Counted from the first letter of the stretch, positions 1 through 10,329 are shown. The stretch: DNA of 64,000 nt from Candidatus Magasanikbacteria bacterium RIFOXYB2_FULL_38_10 (GCA_001783145.1 MFQT01000016.1:3796-67795), one strand, 5' to 3'. A program made the numbers and translations. Notes: generated from the sequence alone by a model not told the origin.

Positions 1-305
1 GGAAAATTATTGTCATAGAAGGCGTCCGACGTCTGGCTGACATCAGCTATTTAGGCCAACTTCCTAATTTTGTTTTAGTGGAAATTTTTGCTGACCCTAA
101 AATCAGATATGAACGTTTGATCAAACGTGGAGAAAATGCCGATGACACTAAAAAAACTTATGAAGAATTTTTAGCCGACCATCAGCGTTCTACCGAACTT
201 TCCATCCTAAATGTAATCACACAAGCCAAAGAAAAAATAGACAACAATGGCAATTGGGAAAACCTACACCGGCAATTAGATGATTTGGTTGCCAAATATA
301 CGTAA
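1..305 (+). CDS. P-loop nucleotide kinase, dephospho-CoA/adenylate-kinase-like (5' partial)
   Basis: Frame is open from position 3: KIIVIEGVRRLADI...VEIFADPKIRYERLIKRG...IDNNG, typical of the C-terminal half of AAA_17/18-type kinases. Confidence 0.6.
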   Translation, partial: KIIVIEGVRRLADISYLGQLPNFVLVEIFADPKIRYERLIKRGENADDTKKTYEEFLADHQRSTELSILNVITQAKEKIDNNGNWENLHRQLDDLVAKYT

Positions 306-306
306 T

Positions 307-1155
307 ATGTTAATTGATTTGCATACTCACACCACTTTTTCCGACGGGCTAATGAAAGTGGAAGAATTGGTGGAAAAAGCCGGGAAAAGACGCCTTAAAT
401 TATTGGCCTTAACCGATCATGATACAGTGGCCGGACTTTCTTTATTTTTAAAATTGTGCCGAAAAAATAAAATACCGGCCATCGTAGGAATTGAATTGAG
501 CACGGAATTGGAAGGACAGGAGTTGCATATTGTGGGATACAATTTTAATCGTTTTTTTAAACAGCTTTTACAAATTTTAAAACAACAGCAACACAAAAGA
601 ATAGAACGCGCCCGTAAAATAATTGCTCGTTTTCAAAAAATCGGCATTTATTTTGACAAAAAAACAATTCAAAACCTGCTTAGTCAACCTAATGTAGGCA
701 AACCGCAATTAGGACGTGCTATTTTGCAAGGCACCTCTAACCAAAAAATACTAAAAAGGGTTTTTAATTTTCAAGGCAATCTTTCCGATTTCATTGGCGG
801 ATTTTTGGATCAACCGGGACAATTCGGTTATGTGCCTAAGAAAAAATTGGATAGTATTAAGGCGATTAAACTTATCTCATCAGCCGGGGGGGTGGCGGCA
901 TTGGCCCATCCGGATTTGGATTTAACTAATCAACAGCGCGCTGAGTATTTTATCAAAAAATTAAAACAAGTAGGATTGTGGGGTTTAGAAAATCCACATA
1001 ATCGCTTAGAGGCGCAGCCTTTTTTTCAAAAGCTGGCGCAAAAAAATAATCTGGTTTTAACTTTTGGCTCAGATACACACAATATTAAAAATATAGGAGT
1101 AAAAATTAAAAAGGAGCAATTTAAAAATATCTTGGGGTTGTTAACGCAAAATTAA
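307..1155 (+). CDS. PHP-domain metallophosphoesterase (YciV/TrpH-like)
   Basis: DLHTHT..SDG, LTDHDT, GIELS, HIVGY, AHP and GSDTH motifs; start moved to ATG at 307. Confidence 0.9.
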   Translation: MLIDLHTHTTFSDGLMKVEELVEKAGKRRLKLLALTDHDTVAGLSLFLKLCRKNKIPAIVGIELSTELEGQELHIVGYNFNRFFKQLLQILKQQQHKRIERARKIIARFQKIGIYFDKKTIQNLLSQPNVGKPQLGRAILQGTSNQKILKRVFNFQGNLSDFIGGFLDQPGQFGYVPKKKLDSIKAIKLISSAGGVAALAHPDLDLTNQQRAEYFIKKLKQVGLWGLENPHNRLEAQPFFQKLAQKNNLVLTFGSDTHNIKNIGVKIKKEQFKNILGLLTQN

Positions 1156-1313
1156 ATCCGTCTTAATCTTTTTTTAAAAAAGTAAAAAATGATCAAAAAA
1201 ATTCAAATTTTGTAATACTATCCAACCCCCAACCGGGTTGGTTTTTTTATTTGTAAAACCACTCTGTCTATGCTACAATATCTAAACAAAAATTCTTAAT
1301 TTTACCCATAATT

Positions 1314-2786
1314 ATGGCCGAAAAAGGACCACAGGAGGAAAAAAAATCTAATGAACTTTCTGTTTACAGCTTGGATTATTTAAAACCAGAAGTGGTAGCT
1401 GTGGCCTTTGCCAAATGTTCTCGTTCGCCAGAATCTTTTGCCGATATCGCCGCGGAATTAACCGATGCCAAATCCGCTGATTTTCATGAAAAATGGGTGG
1501 TGGGCTATGGACATTCCAGTGTAGCGGAACACGCCACCTTGCATATGGCCATAGAAAACGTTTCCATTTTGGCCACCAAAGCAATAGAAGACAATCGTTT
1601 AGCCTCTTACACGGAAAAATCCACTCGCTATCAAGTTTTTGATAAAACCAAATACTACAAACCGCAAAATATTCTAAATTCATCCTTGGCTGAGGAATAT
1701 CAAAAAACCATGGATTATATTTTTGATACTTACACAGAGATGAATGAGCCTGTGAAAGAGTTCATTACCAAAAAATATCCGCGCGCAGAGGAAGAACCGG
1801 AAAAAATTTATAATGTCATTACCAAAGCGCGTATTTGTGATAATATTCGCTACCTTTTGCCCACCGCTACCCTAACTAATCTAGGTATGACCGCCAACGC
1901 TCGCGCATTTGAACACGCCATTGTTAAACTTTTGTCTCATCCCTTGGAAGAAATGCGTACTATTGGAGAACAAATGAAAAAAACAGCCCTAGAAATAACC
2001 CCCACTTTGATAAAATTCGCCAATGCCAATGAATACCTTAAACAAACTCCAACTAATTTAACCAATCTCTCCATCAATTTTTTGCCAACCGACAGCGCAC
2101 CTGTTAACCCTGTAGAAATTGTACGATACGATGAAGAGGCGGAAGACAAATTAATTACCACACTCCTTTATCGCGGTTCCAATCTTCCTTACAAACAAAT
2201 CTTAAGTGAGGTAAAAAAGATGCCCCAAGAAGCTAAAGAAAAAGTAATTGATGAAGCTTTAAAAAATCGAGCGGCTTTTGATGCTCCTTTGCGTGAACTG
2301 GAACACATCTATTATACTTTTGACATTTTAATGGATTATGGCGCTTTTCGCGACATTCAACGCCACCGCATGAATACGCAAACCAACCAGGATGTCACCA
2401 TTGTACATGGTTATGAAACTCCGGAAGAAATTGTAGAGGCCGGCTTGCAAGACAAATTTAAAGAAGTAATGAATCGCGCCGTGGATCTTTATCAAAAAAT
2501 TTATCCGATTTTCCCCAAAGAAGCACAGTATGTAGTGCCTTTGGCTTTTAGAAAACGCACACTTTTTACTTGGAATTTGCGGGAATTACACCATTTTATT
2601 TCCCTTAGAAGCGGCAAAAAGGGACACATTTCTTATCGCCGCATTGCCCAGGCTTGTTGGGAAAAATTAAACCAAGTACATCCCCTCTTAGCCAAGTATA
2701 TTAAGGTTGATATGAGCGAAGGATCCTCTTCTTGGGCCTCTACCATGTTCAAGCCGGAGTATTCTTATAAACCAAAAATGGACTAA
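1314..2786 (+). CDS. thyX: FAD-dependent thymidylate synthase, tandem two-domain form
   Basis: GYGHSSVAEH, EKSTRY, RYLLP in the first half; DIQRHR, AQYVVP, NLRELHHFISLR in the second; adjacent to tmk. Confidence 0.9.
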   Translation: MAEKGPQEEKKSNELSVYSLDYLKPEVVAVAFAKCSRSPESFADIAAELTDAKSADFHEKWVVGYGHSSVAEHATLHMAIENVSILATKAIEDNRLASYTEKSTRYQVFDKTKYYKPQNILNSSLAEEYQKTMDYIFDTYTEMNEPVKEFITKKYPRAEEEPEKIYNVITKARICDNIRYLLPTATLTNLGMTANARAFEHAIVKLLSHPLEEMRTIGEQMKKTALEITPTLIKFANANEYLKQTPTNLTNLSINFLPTDSAPVNPVEIVRYDEEAEDKLITTLLYRGSNLPYKQILSEVKKMPQEAKEKVIDEALKNRAAFDAPLRELEHIYYTFDILMDYGAFRDIQRHRMNTQTNQDVTIVHGYETPEEIVEAGLQDKFKEVMNRAVDLYQKIYPIFPKEAQYVVPLAFRKRTLFTWNLRELHHFISLRSGKKGHISYRRIAQACWEKLNQVHPLLAKYIKVDMSEGSSSWASTMFKPEYSYKPKMD

Positions 2787-2789
2787 AGT

Positions 2790-3461
2790 ATGTTTATCAT
2801 GATAGATGGCATTGATGGCAGTGGCAAAAGTTTGCAAGCAGAACTGCTGATTAACCGTCTAAAAAAAGAAAATTACCCGGTGGAAATAATTAGTTTTCCG
2901 CAGTACGGACAAAAATCCGCCGCGGCCATTGAAGAATACCTTAATGGATTGTATGGCACGGCCGAAGAGGTGGGACCGCATCGCGCCTCGGTTCTTTATG
3001 CCGTGGATAGATTTGCCGCCGCTCCTAAAATAAGAAATTGGCTGCAAGAAAACAAAATTGTTATTGCCAACCGTTATGTCTCCTCCAACATGGGACATCA
3101 AGGGGGCAAGATTAAAGATAATGAGGAAAGAAAAAAATTCTTTGAGTGGAACGATGATCTGGAGTATAATATCTTTGGGATACCCAGGCCGGATCTTAAC
3201 ATAATTTTACATGTCACCGCCTCAATCGCTCAAGAATTGGTAGATAAAAAAGCGGCCCGCGAATATTTAGGTAATACCAAAAAAAGAGATTTACACGAAG
3301 CGGATATAGAACACTTAAAAAATGCGGAAAAAACTTATTTGGAGATCTCGACCTCTTTTCCTGATTTTCATTTGATAGAATGCGTGGAGAATGAAAATAT
3401 TTTGCCTCCGGATAAAATCCATGAAAAAATTTGGGATCTAATTAAAGAAAAATTAAGTTAA
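2790..3461 (+). CDS. tmk: thymidylate kinase
   Basis: IDGIDGSGKS P-loop, SFPQY, YAVDR, NRYVSSN, PRPDL. Confidence 0.92.
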   Translation: MFIMIDGIDGSGKSLQAELLINRLKKENYPVEIISFPQYGQKSAAAIEEYLNGLYGTAEEVGPHRASVLYAVDRFAAAPKIRNWLQENKIVIANRYVSSNMGHQGGKIKDNEERKKFFEWNDDLEYNIFGIPRPDLNIILHVTASIAQELVDKKAAREYLGNTKKRDLHEADIEHLKNAEKTYLEISTSFPDFHLIECVENENILPPDKIHEKIWDLIKEKLS

Positions 3462-3469
3462 TTAATTTT

Positions 3470-4486
3470 ATGAATTTAAGAAACAAATACGCTCTTTTTT
3501 ATGTTTTAGGCCTCCTTAGTATTATTGTACCGGTTATTTTAATGCCGGCTTCTTTAAGACAAAACCTTAAAGCCTACATCATAATCTTTATTGTTTGGTT
3601 GGCCTTAAGAATCTACATCAACTACTGGTATGGCAAAAAAATAAATTTACCCAACACCGCTCATTTTTGGTCCAGTCTTTTTGTGGATGTGGGTTTTTTA
3701 TTCATGCTTGGATTTGATCGCCAACTTTTGCCCGCTCTTAGTATTTTTAAAGAAGCGCTTAATATCTTTAAAGTTAACTGCAAAACTTTCCTAAAAATTC
3801 TTGGCTGGCTTTTAATTCCAGCGGTGCTTTTAATCATACTTAATATTTTTGACACTTTAACGAATCTTAAATACGTTAATTACAGTTTTCCAATTTATCT
3901 TTTGTTGTCAGCTTTAAGTTTTATCATTGGACTTTGGACGCAAATTGTCTTAATCAGATTAACCAGTGCCAGCTTAACTAAAGAACCTCTTAATGAAAAA
4001 ATCCTTTACACGGAAAGCTGGAGGGACACCGCGCCATTTTTATGGATTTCTATTTTAATGGGTCTTATCATCATGGCCGGCACAATTCTTTTAGTGATTC
4101 CCGGCTTAATTTTTACCATCTGGTATTTATTTTCCCTTTACATCTTTGCTGTTGAAGGCAAGCGCGGTTATAGCGCCTTGCAAAGAAGCAAAGAACTGGT
4201 GCAAGGAAAATTTTGGGCAATAGTGTGGCGTCTGGTTGTCACTGGGTTTTTTTATGGGTTGATCATCTTTGTAATCATCGCCATTCCCACTTTAATCATT
4301 GGATTGATCACTCAATTTAATCAATTTTCTTCTGTCTTTTCTACTATGCCCTGGTGGCTAAACGCCCTGCAAAGCGTGACAGCTATCTTGGTCCTACCTT
4401 TAAATATCGGCCTCATGACTATAATGTTTAAAGATTTGAAAGATAATTCCCCCGCCCCGGAATCAATCCCGGCTAATCTAAACTAA
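3470..4486 (+). CDS. multi-pass membrane protein of unknown function
   Basis: Many hydrophobic helices; LLVIPGLIF...ALQRSKELVQG pattern seen in DUF975/GPDPase-membrane-like families. Confidence 0.7.
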   Translation: MNLRNKYALFYVLGLLSIIVPVILMPASLRQNLKAYIIIFIVWLALRIYINYWYGKKINLPNTAHFWSSLFVDVGFLFMLGFDRQLLPALSIFKEALNIFKVNCKTFLKILGWLLIPAVLLIILNIFDTLTNLKYVNYSFPIYLLLSALSFIIGLWTQIVLIRLTSASLTKEPLNEKILYTESWRDTAPFLWISILMGLIIMAGTILLVIPGLIFTIWYLFSLYIFAVEGKRGYSALQRSKELVQGKFWAIVWRLVVTGFFYGLIIFVIIAIPTLIIGLITQFNQFSSVFSTMPWWLNALQSVTAILVLPLNIGLMTIMFKDLKDNSPAPESIPANLN

Positions 4487-4488
4487 TT

Positions 4489-6051
4489 ATGTATCAGCCG
4501 GTAATAGGACTAGAAATTCACCTTCAATTAAAAACTAAATCCAAAATGTTCTGCTCTTGCGATAATCGCGGAGAATATTTAGAGCCCAACACCACCATTT
4601 GTCCTATTTGTACAGGGCAGCCCGGCACGCTCCCGGTTCCTAATCAACAAGCGGCCGAGTGGGCGGTAAAAACCGCTCTGGCTTTAAATTGTCAAATTAA
4701 TAAAATCAGTAAGTTTGATCGCAAGCACTATTTTTATCCCGATTTACCCAAGGGCTATCAAATCTCCCAATACGATTTGCCTGTTGGCGAAAAAGGTTTT
4801 GTGGAAATAGAAACTAAAGAAGGAGAGGAAGCGCTGGATAAATTAGTAGAGGAGGAAATACACGGGACAGAAAAAAAATCCAAGCCTTTAAAAAATAAAA
4901 AAAAGATTAGGCTGATCAGAATGCACATGGAAGAGGACGCGGCTAAAAATATACACTTGAGTGGCGATACTTTGGTGGATTTTAATCGCGCCGGCACTCC
5001 GTTGGTAGAAATTGTGACCGAGCCGGATATTTCTTCCAGCGCCGAGGCCAAAACTTTTTTGCAGGAATTGCAAACCATTGCCAGATTTTTACATATTTCC
5101 GATGCGGATATGGAAAAAGGACATCTGCGCTGTGATGTGAACGTTTCTCTACGACCGGAAGGCGACACTAAATTTTATCCCAAGACAGAAATCAAAAATT
5201 TAAATTCTTTTAAAGCCGTGGAAAGGGCCATTGAATACGAAATAAAAAGACAAAGTGAGTTATGGGATAAAGGAGATATTCCGGAAAAATTAACCACCCG
5301 CGGCTGGAACGATGCCAAACAAATTACCGAAGAACAACGTGTTAAAGAAGGTGCCGAAGATTATCGTTATCTACCTGAACCAGATATTCCTGCTTTTGAT
5401 TTGACCAAAATTGCCGAGAGGGCTCAAGCTAATTTGCCAGAATTGCCAGCGCAAACCAGAAATCGTTTTGTAGAAGAATACGGACTTTCCAAATCCGATG
5501 CCCGCATCTTAACTTCCGAACCGGAGTGGGCGGAATTTACAGAAAATGTTTTTAGTGAAGCTTGGGAATGGCTTACTTCCCTGCCGGAGATGGAAGGAAC
5601 GGAGGACGAAATTATGGACAAAAATCGCGCCCGGTTAGGAAAACTAGTTGGCGGCTGGCTCACTTCTAAATTAATGGGGCTGATGGCGGAAAACAAAATT
5701 GATATTAAAATTTTAAAAATTACCCCGGAAAATTTTGCCGAGTTTATCAGTTTAATTTATACCAATAAAATTAACAGCGCCAACGCCCAATTATTACTGG
5801 CCAAAATGTTAGAAGCCGGCGGCGACCCTTCCATAATTATGGAAGAGAATAAATTAGGACAAGTAAAAGATGATGATTTAATTAGTAAAGCAGTGGATAA
5901 TGTAATAAAAATGAATCCGGATCAAGTAGAGCAATACAAAAACGGAAAAGTGGCCGTAATACAATTTCTGATAGGCAAAGTGATGAAGGAAACACAAGGA
6001 CAAGTTGATCCGCAGACCGCGAAGGAAATGCTGGAAGAAAAGTTGAAATAA
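4489..6051 (+). CDS. gatB: Asp/Glu-tRNA amidotransferase subunit B
   Basis: IGLEIHLQL, KHYFYPDLPKGYQISQ, DFNRAGTPLVEIVTEPD, LRCDVNVS, EIKNLNS, YRYLPEPD. Confidence 0.98.
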   Translation: MYQPVIGLEIHLQLKTKSKMFCSCDNRGEYLEPNTTICPICTGQPGTLPVPNQQAAEWAVKTALALNCQINKISKFDRKHYFYPDLPKGYQISQYDLPVGEKGFVEIETKEGEEALDKLVEEEIHGTEKKSKPLKNKKKIRLIRMHMEEDAAKNIHLSGDTLVDFNRAGTPLVEIVTEPDISSSAEAKTFLQELQTIARFLHISDADMEKGHLRCDVNVSLRPEGDTKFYPKTEIKNLNSFKAVERAIEYEIKRQSELWDKGDIPEKLTTRGWNDAKQITEEQRVKEGAEDYRYLPEPDIPAFDLTKIAERAQANLPELPAQTRNRFVEEYGLSKSDARILTSEPEWAEFTENVFSEAWEWLTSLPEMEGTEDEIMDKNRARLGKLVGGWLTSKLMGLMAENKIDIKILKITPENFAEFISLIYTNKINSANAQLLLAKMLEAGGDPSIIMEENKLGQVKDDDLISKAVDNVIKMNPDQVEQYKNGKVAVIQFLIGKVMKETQGQVDPQTAKEMLEEKLK

Positions 6052-6065
6052 ATGAGTAGGGACAT

Positions 6066-6094
6066 AAAAAGACAGATTACTTTCTGTCTTTTTT
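6066..6094 (+). terminator. intrinsic terminator after gatB (possibly bidirectional)
   Basis: aaaaagacaga-ttactt-tctgtcttttt. Confidence 0.7.
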
Positions 6095-6170
6095 GGTATT
6101 AAAAAAACAGCAACCGAGGAACACCTCAACCTTGCCTTTAAGCCAAAACTGCGCTAAACTGCACTTATCT

Positions 6171-8210
6171 ATGCCCCAATTTAAGATTAAAGTCAAAATT
6201 AAGCCAGCTGGAGACCAACCTCAAGCCATTGAAAAATTATCCCAAGGGTTGCAAAAAGGATACTCCGCGCAGACCTTGCTTGGCGTCACCGGCTCTGGCA
6301 AAACCTTTACCGTTGCCAATGTAATTGCCAAAACAGGGTTGCCCACTCTTGTAATTGCCCACAACAAAACTTTGGCCGCCCAGCTCTGTAATGAATTTCG
6401 TGAAATTTTTCCGGATAACGCCGTGGAATACTTTGTTTCCTATTATGATTACTACCAACCAGAGGCCTACCTTCCCTCTTCCGATACCTACATAGAAAAA
6501 GAAGCGATGATCAATCAAGAAATTGATCGCTTGCGCCATGCCTGCACCCAAGCACTACTCTCCCGCCGTGATGTTATTATCGTCGCTTCTGTTTCCGCCA
6601 TTTATGGCTTGGGCTCACCCAAAGAATATGAAAAAATTGTTTTGCATTTAAGACGCGGCCAAAAACTTAGCCGACGCGAAATGCTAGAACAACTTATTGA
6701 AATGCAATTCACCCGCACTAATAGTGAATTGAAACGCGGCTCTTTCCGCCTAACCGGACAGGTTTTTGAAATTATGCCGGTGAATGAAGAAATGATCTAT
6801 CGTTTTGAAATTGGCGAAAAAATAAATTTGATTGAACTGGTTGACCCACTTACTCGCCAAATAAAAAGAGAACTGCCCGATGCTTGGTTTTTCCCTGCTC
6901 GGCATTATGTAGCCAGCCCCGAGTCGCGAGAAATGGCTTTTAAAAGTATCCGCCAAGAACTGGAACAGCAGTTGCAACTATTTCAAAAACAAGGAAAAAT
7001 TTTAGAATACGAGCGCCTAAAACGCCGCGTTAATTACGATTTGGAACTCATTAAAAATATAGGTTATTGCAATGGCATAGAAAACTATTCTCGTCATTTT
7101 GAGGATCGCGCTACCGGCGAGCCACCTTTTACGTTACTGGACTATTTTAAAGAAGGTACTGGAAAATTTTTAACTGTGCTCGATGAATCCCACGTGACAG
7201 TTCCGCAAATCCGCGCCATGTATAGTGGAGACAAAGCCCGCAAAGATATTTTGGTAGAGCATGGCTTTCGCCTCCCCTCTGCACGTGATAATCGGCCCCT
7301 AACCTCTGATGAGTTCAACCAAAAGATTGAGCAAGTAATTTATGTCTCCGCCACGCCAGCCGAATTTGAAATCCAAAATAGTGAGCAAGTGGTGGAACAA
7401 ATTGTCCGCCCCACTGGTTTAATTGATCCGGAAATAATCATCAGCCGAATTACTGGAAAAGGAAAAGAAAAATCACAAATTGAAGATTTACTGATTAGAA
7501 TTGACGAACGCATTGCCAAAAAAGAAAGGGTTTTGGTCACCACACTCACTAAAAAAATGGCAGAAGATTTATCCGATTATCTGCTAAAGAAAAAAATTAA
7601 AGTAAAATATTTGCATAGTGGTATTGATACTTTGGAACGCATTGAAATTATTACCGCCTTGCGCAAAGGTGAGATTGATGTGATTGTGGGTGTGAATTTG
7701 CTTCGCGAAGGATTGGATTTGCCAGAAGTTACACTCGTGGCCATTTTAGACGCGGACAAAGAAGGATTTTTGCGCAGCCGCACCAGTTTAATTCAAACCA
7801 TTGGTCGCGCCGCCAGAAATGTCAACGGCCAAGTTGTTATTTACGCCGACCAAATCACTGAATCCATTAAAATAGCAGTTGGAGAAACAGAAAGACGCCG
7901 CGAGATTCAGATCGCTTATAATAAAAATCATGGTATCACACCTAAAACAATTGAAAAAACCATCCGCAACATTTTGGAAGAATTTGGCATCACCGCCAAA
8001 GCCAAAGTCCCTAAAAGACGCACGTTATCAGAAACCACCAAGTTGGATATTTTAGGAGACGGCCGACCGGTGACGGAAATCATCAAAGAAAAAGAAAAGC
8101 TGATGCGCGAGGCGTCGGCGGAATTGGAATTTGAATTAGCTGCTATTTTGCGCGATGAAATAAGTGAACTTAAAAAAATAAATGCGACCGCGCAAAAGGC
8201 TAAAAAATAA
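6171..8210 (+). CDS. uvrB: excinuclease ABC subunit B
   Basis: GVTGSGKT, HNKTLAAQL, YYDYYQPEAY, DESH, NLLREGLDLPEV, C-terminal UVR domain; start at ATG 6171. Confidence 0.98.
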   Translation: MPQFKIKVKIKPAGDQPQAIEKLSQGLQKGYSAQTLLGVTGSGKTFTVANVIAKTGLPTLVIAHNKTLAAQLCNEFREIFPDNAVEYFVSYYDYYQPEAYLPSSDTYIEKEAMINQEIDRLRHACTQALLSRRDVIIVASVSAIYGLGSPKEYEKIVLHLRRGQKLSRREMLEQLIEMQFTRTNSELKRGSFRLTGQVFEIMPVNEEMIYRFEIGEKINLIELVDPLTRQIKRELPDAWFFPARHYVASPESREMAFKSIRQELEQQLQLFQKQGKILEYERLKRRVNYDLELIKNIGYCNGIENYSRHFEDRATGEPPFTLLDYFKEGTGKFLTVLDESHVTVPQIRAMYSGDKARKDILVEHGFRLPSARDNRPLTSDEFNQKIEQVIYVSATPAEFEIQNSEQVVEQIVRPTGLIDPEIIISRITGKGKEKSQIEDLLIRIDERIAKKERVLVTTLTKKMAEDLSDYLLKKKIKVKYLHSGIDTLERIEIITALRKGEIDVIVGVNLLREGLDLPEVTLVAILDADKEGFLRSRTSLIQTIGRAARNVNGQVVIYADQITESIKIAVGETERRREIQIAYNKNHGITPKTIEKTIRNILEEFGITAKAKVPKRRTLSETTKLDILGDGRPVTEIIKEKEKLMREASAELEFELAAILRDEISELKKINATAQKAKK

Positions 8211-8278
8211 ATAAACGCTACAAAATTGATAATAAAAAAACTCTGATCATTGCTGATCGGAGTTGTTGTTAGACTAAC

Positions 8279-9166
8279 TTACTTGAGGCCGTTCAAAACC
8301 TCAAAGTATCGCCGCGCCAAGGCCATTTCCACAGCCAGACTCATGGCGGCCGGGGTATAAATTTCCACCGAAAGATTATTATCCCGCAGGTGTCCCAATA
8401 TTCTAGGCTTCAATTCTTCCAGTTCTTTTGTCGATTTGGCCCAAGCGGCAGTACTAACGCTTGTCTTGGCCAAGCTATCCACAACAAAGAAGGCGCCAAT
8501 CTCATCAGCCATGTCAGGAGATTCCTGAATTACAGCCTCGAGCATTACCCTTGCCTCTTCACTATCCACAAAGTCAAAGGAAAAACCATTTGAAAGTCCC
8601 TTAGCAGTGGTTCGCACTTCGCCCAACTTAAAGTGTAAGGCGCAGACGCGGGCCAAATATTCCACCTGCTCATAAGTCAGCCCAAAACCAGTCAGAAAAT
8701 GCTTCATTTTCAAGACGATTTCGCCAGAGGCAATTTCATGTCCCTTGAAACGGAAATTTGGCCGTATTCCGTCCGGTTTCATTCCCTGGAACTCCCGCCG
8801 GGTGAACTTTCCTAAATCATGCAGAGCCGGTGCAATAACCAGACACAGTTCCCACTTATTAAAGTGGCCGACCAACTCCGCGCCCAATCTCATCCCAGCC
8901 GGAGAAAAAACAGGACCAATAAATTGACCAGTATATCCTCTAGCATTATCAATCTTTTTACTGTGGGTGATGACTCCCCACTCATGCCAATTGGTTTCGT
9001 GCATGCGAGGATCATCAGGGTTCAGGGCAAAAGCTTGGCGGTAAGGGTCTTTCTTATCCTGATACAATTTGTCGTTCAGGATTAAAGCCCGTGCCAGCAT
9101 GGGCATAATTTCAAAGAGCCTTGTCTGGATCGTGTCTGCATCCATCTTCTTCTGTTCAAAAATCAT
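8279..9166 (-). CDS. stand-alone HD-domain protein
   Basis: H..WH..GV..HS, LHDLGK, FKGHE, LH and final D motifs as in HD phosphohydrolases; GGGAG SD; own promoter. Confidence 0.7.
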   Translation of the reverse strand: MIFEQKKMDADTIQTRLFEIMPMLARALILNDKLYQDKKDPYRQAFALNPDDPRMHETNWHEWGVITHSKKIDNARGYTGQFIGPVFSPAGMRLGAELVGHFNKWELCLVIAPALHDLGKFTRREFQGMKPDGIRPNFRFKGHEIASGEIVLKMKHFLTGFGLTYEQVEYLARVCALHFKLGEVRTTAKGLSNGFSFDFVDSEEARVMLEAVIQESPDMADEIGAFFVVDSLAKTSVSTAAWAKSTKELEELKPRILGHLRDNNLSVEIYTPAAMSLAVEMALARRYFEVLNGLK

Positions 9167-9192
9167 TTTCTTCTCCCTCTAAAGCTACCTTA

Positions 9193-9254
9193 ATTTTATA
9201 CTTTTTTAGGATTCTGTCAAGGCTATTGACAAAAAGCCCAAAATGTGCTATACT
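9193..9254. promoter_or_regulatory. back-to-back divergent sigma70-type promoters
   Basis: Minus strand TTGACA-16-TAAAAT (9220-9193); plus strand TTGACA-17-TATACT (9226-9254). Confidence 0.7.
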
Positions 9255-9400
9255 TTAAGGTTAAATTTGTTATTTTAAAGCTGATTTCTCCCTATTTGTG
9301 CCTTAAAAATCTTTAAGATAAGGTAGAAATAGGGAGAAATCCCAAGGCAAGTGCTATACCCAATTTCCACGGGTTAAAGTGGGAAAAGATGGAGGGAAAA

Positions 9401-9607
9401 ATGAGTCTTTCATTAAAGATCCGGTTGTGGGGATTAGCGGCTCTGGTAGTACTGGCGGGAACAGCCGCCATCATTAATGAGGGCGCGGACACTGAGCCGG
9501 CCAACAATTCCACCCAGGAGACGAATCACCACGACCCCAACAGCTTCGAGGGGTGGTGCGATTCCATCAACAACAGCAACGTGAGTTGCCCCGGCCAAGA
9601 CAAGTAG
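9401..9607 (+). CDS. small exported/membrane-anchored hypothetical protein
   Basis: GGAGG SD before ATG 9401; N-terminal hydrophobic helix; two C-terminal Cys. Confidence 0.55.
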   Translation: MSLSLKIRLWGLAALVVLAGTAAIINEGADTEPANNSTQETNHHDPNSFEGWCDSINNSNVSCPGQDK

Positions 9608-9671
9608 TTCCCTGTGCCCTAGTGGTACCATACCCAAGTCGCGAAAAAATCGTTCAAAAACGGAGGGACTA

Positions 9672-10055
9672 ATGAATAACGGCGATCTCGTCTTCAACAG
9701 CAGCCCCAACCACATCAACGACAAAGTAGTGGAAGTCGGTGTGGTCAAGGCATGGGGGTGGGAGCAAATCTTGGGAACTCGGGGCATCTCGGCTCGAGTT
9801 GTCCAGTTCCGGTCTCCTGATGGACAATATCGGATCAACTACACCGGCGATATGCTGACAGCGGAGGAAGGCTACGAGTTCCTCAAGCAGCACTTCAAGC
9901 TACGGCAGGAGAGGTCGGGCGATGGCGACATCAAGGGGATATCCTTCCCCCGCTACCGCAAGTCCCGGACCATGAAAGAACTCGCCACCTTCGTAAAGGA
10001 GATGTTCGACACCCTGGCCAGGATCCCTGGTCATGCCTGGCTGACCGTTTCCTAG
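9672..10055 (+). CDS. hypothetical protein (GC-rich, probably acquired)
   Basis: GGAGG SD, 127-aa ORF, followed by terminator; visibly higher GC than flanks. Confidence 0.6.
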   Translation: MNNGDLVFNSSPNHINDKVVEVGVVKAWGWEQILGTRGISARVVQFRSPDGQYRINYTGDMLTAEEGYEFLKQHFKLRQERSGDGDIKGISFPRYRKSRTMKELATFVKEMFDTLARIPGHAWLTVS

Positions 10056-10074
10056 AACAACCTGTTCCTAACTC

Positions 10075-10102
10075 GCCCATGGCTAACGCTGTGGGCTTTT
10101 TT
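10075..10102 (+). terminator. intrinsic terminator
   Basis: gcccatggc-taac-gctgtgggc followed by a T run. Confidence 0.7.
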
Positions 10103-10329
10103 ATAATTGCTAGTGAGCCCACAAGCGGAAGCGTGCTTCCATTTGGGGCGAACGACGCAATTTCAAGCGCCGTGGCAGCGCTTATTTTTACGCCCTCACC
10201 ACTCATCGCCCATCTTGACTTTTCAGCCCAAAAATGTTACAGTAACAACAAACCTAACTTATCTACTACCCCCTAGCAAAATTTTGCGGGGGAATTTTGG
10301 GCTTATACAATCAATATTTAACCAATTTT

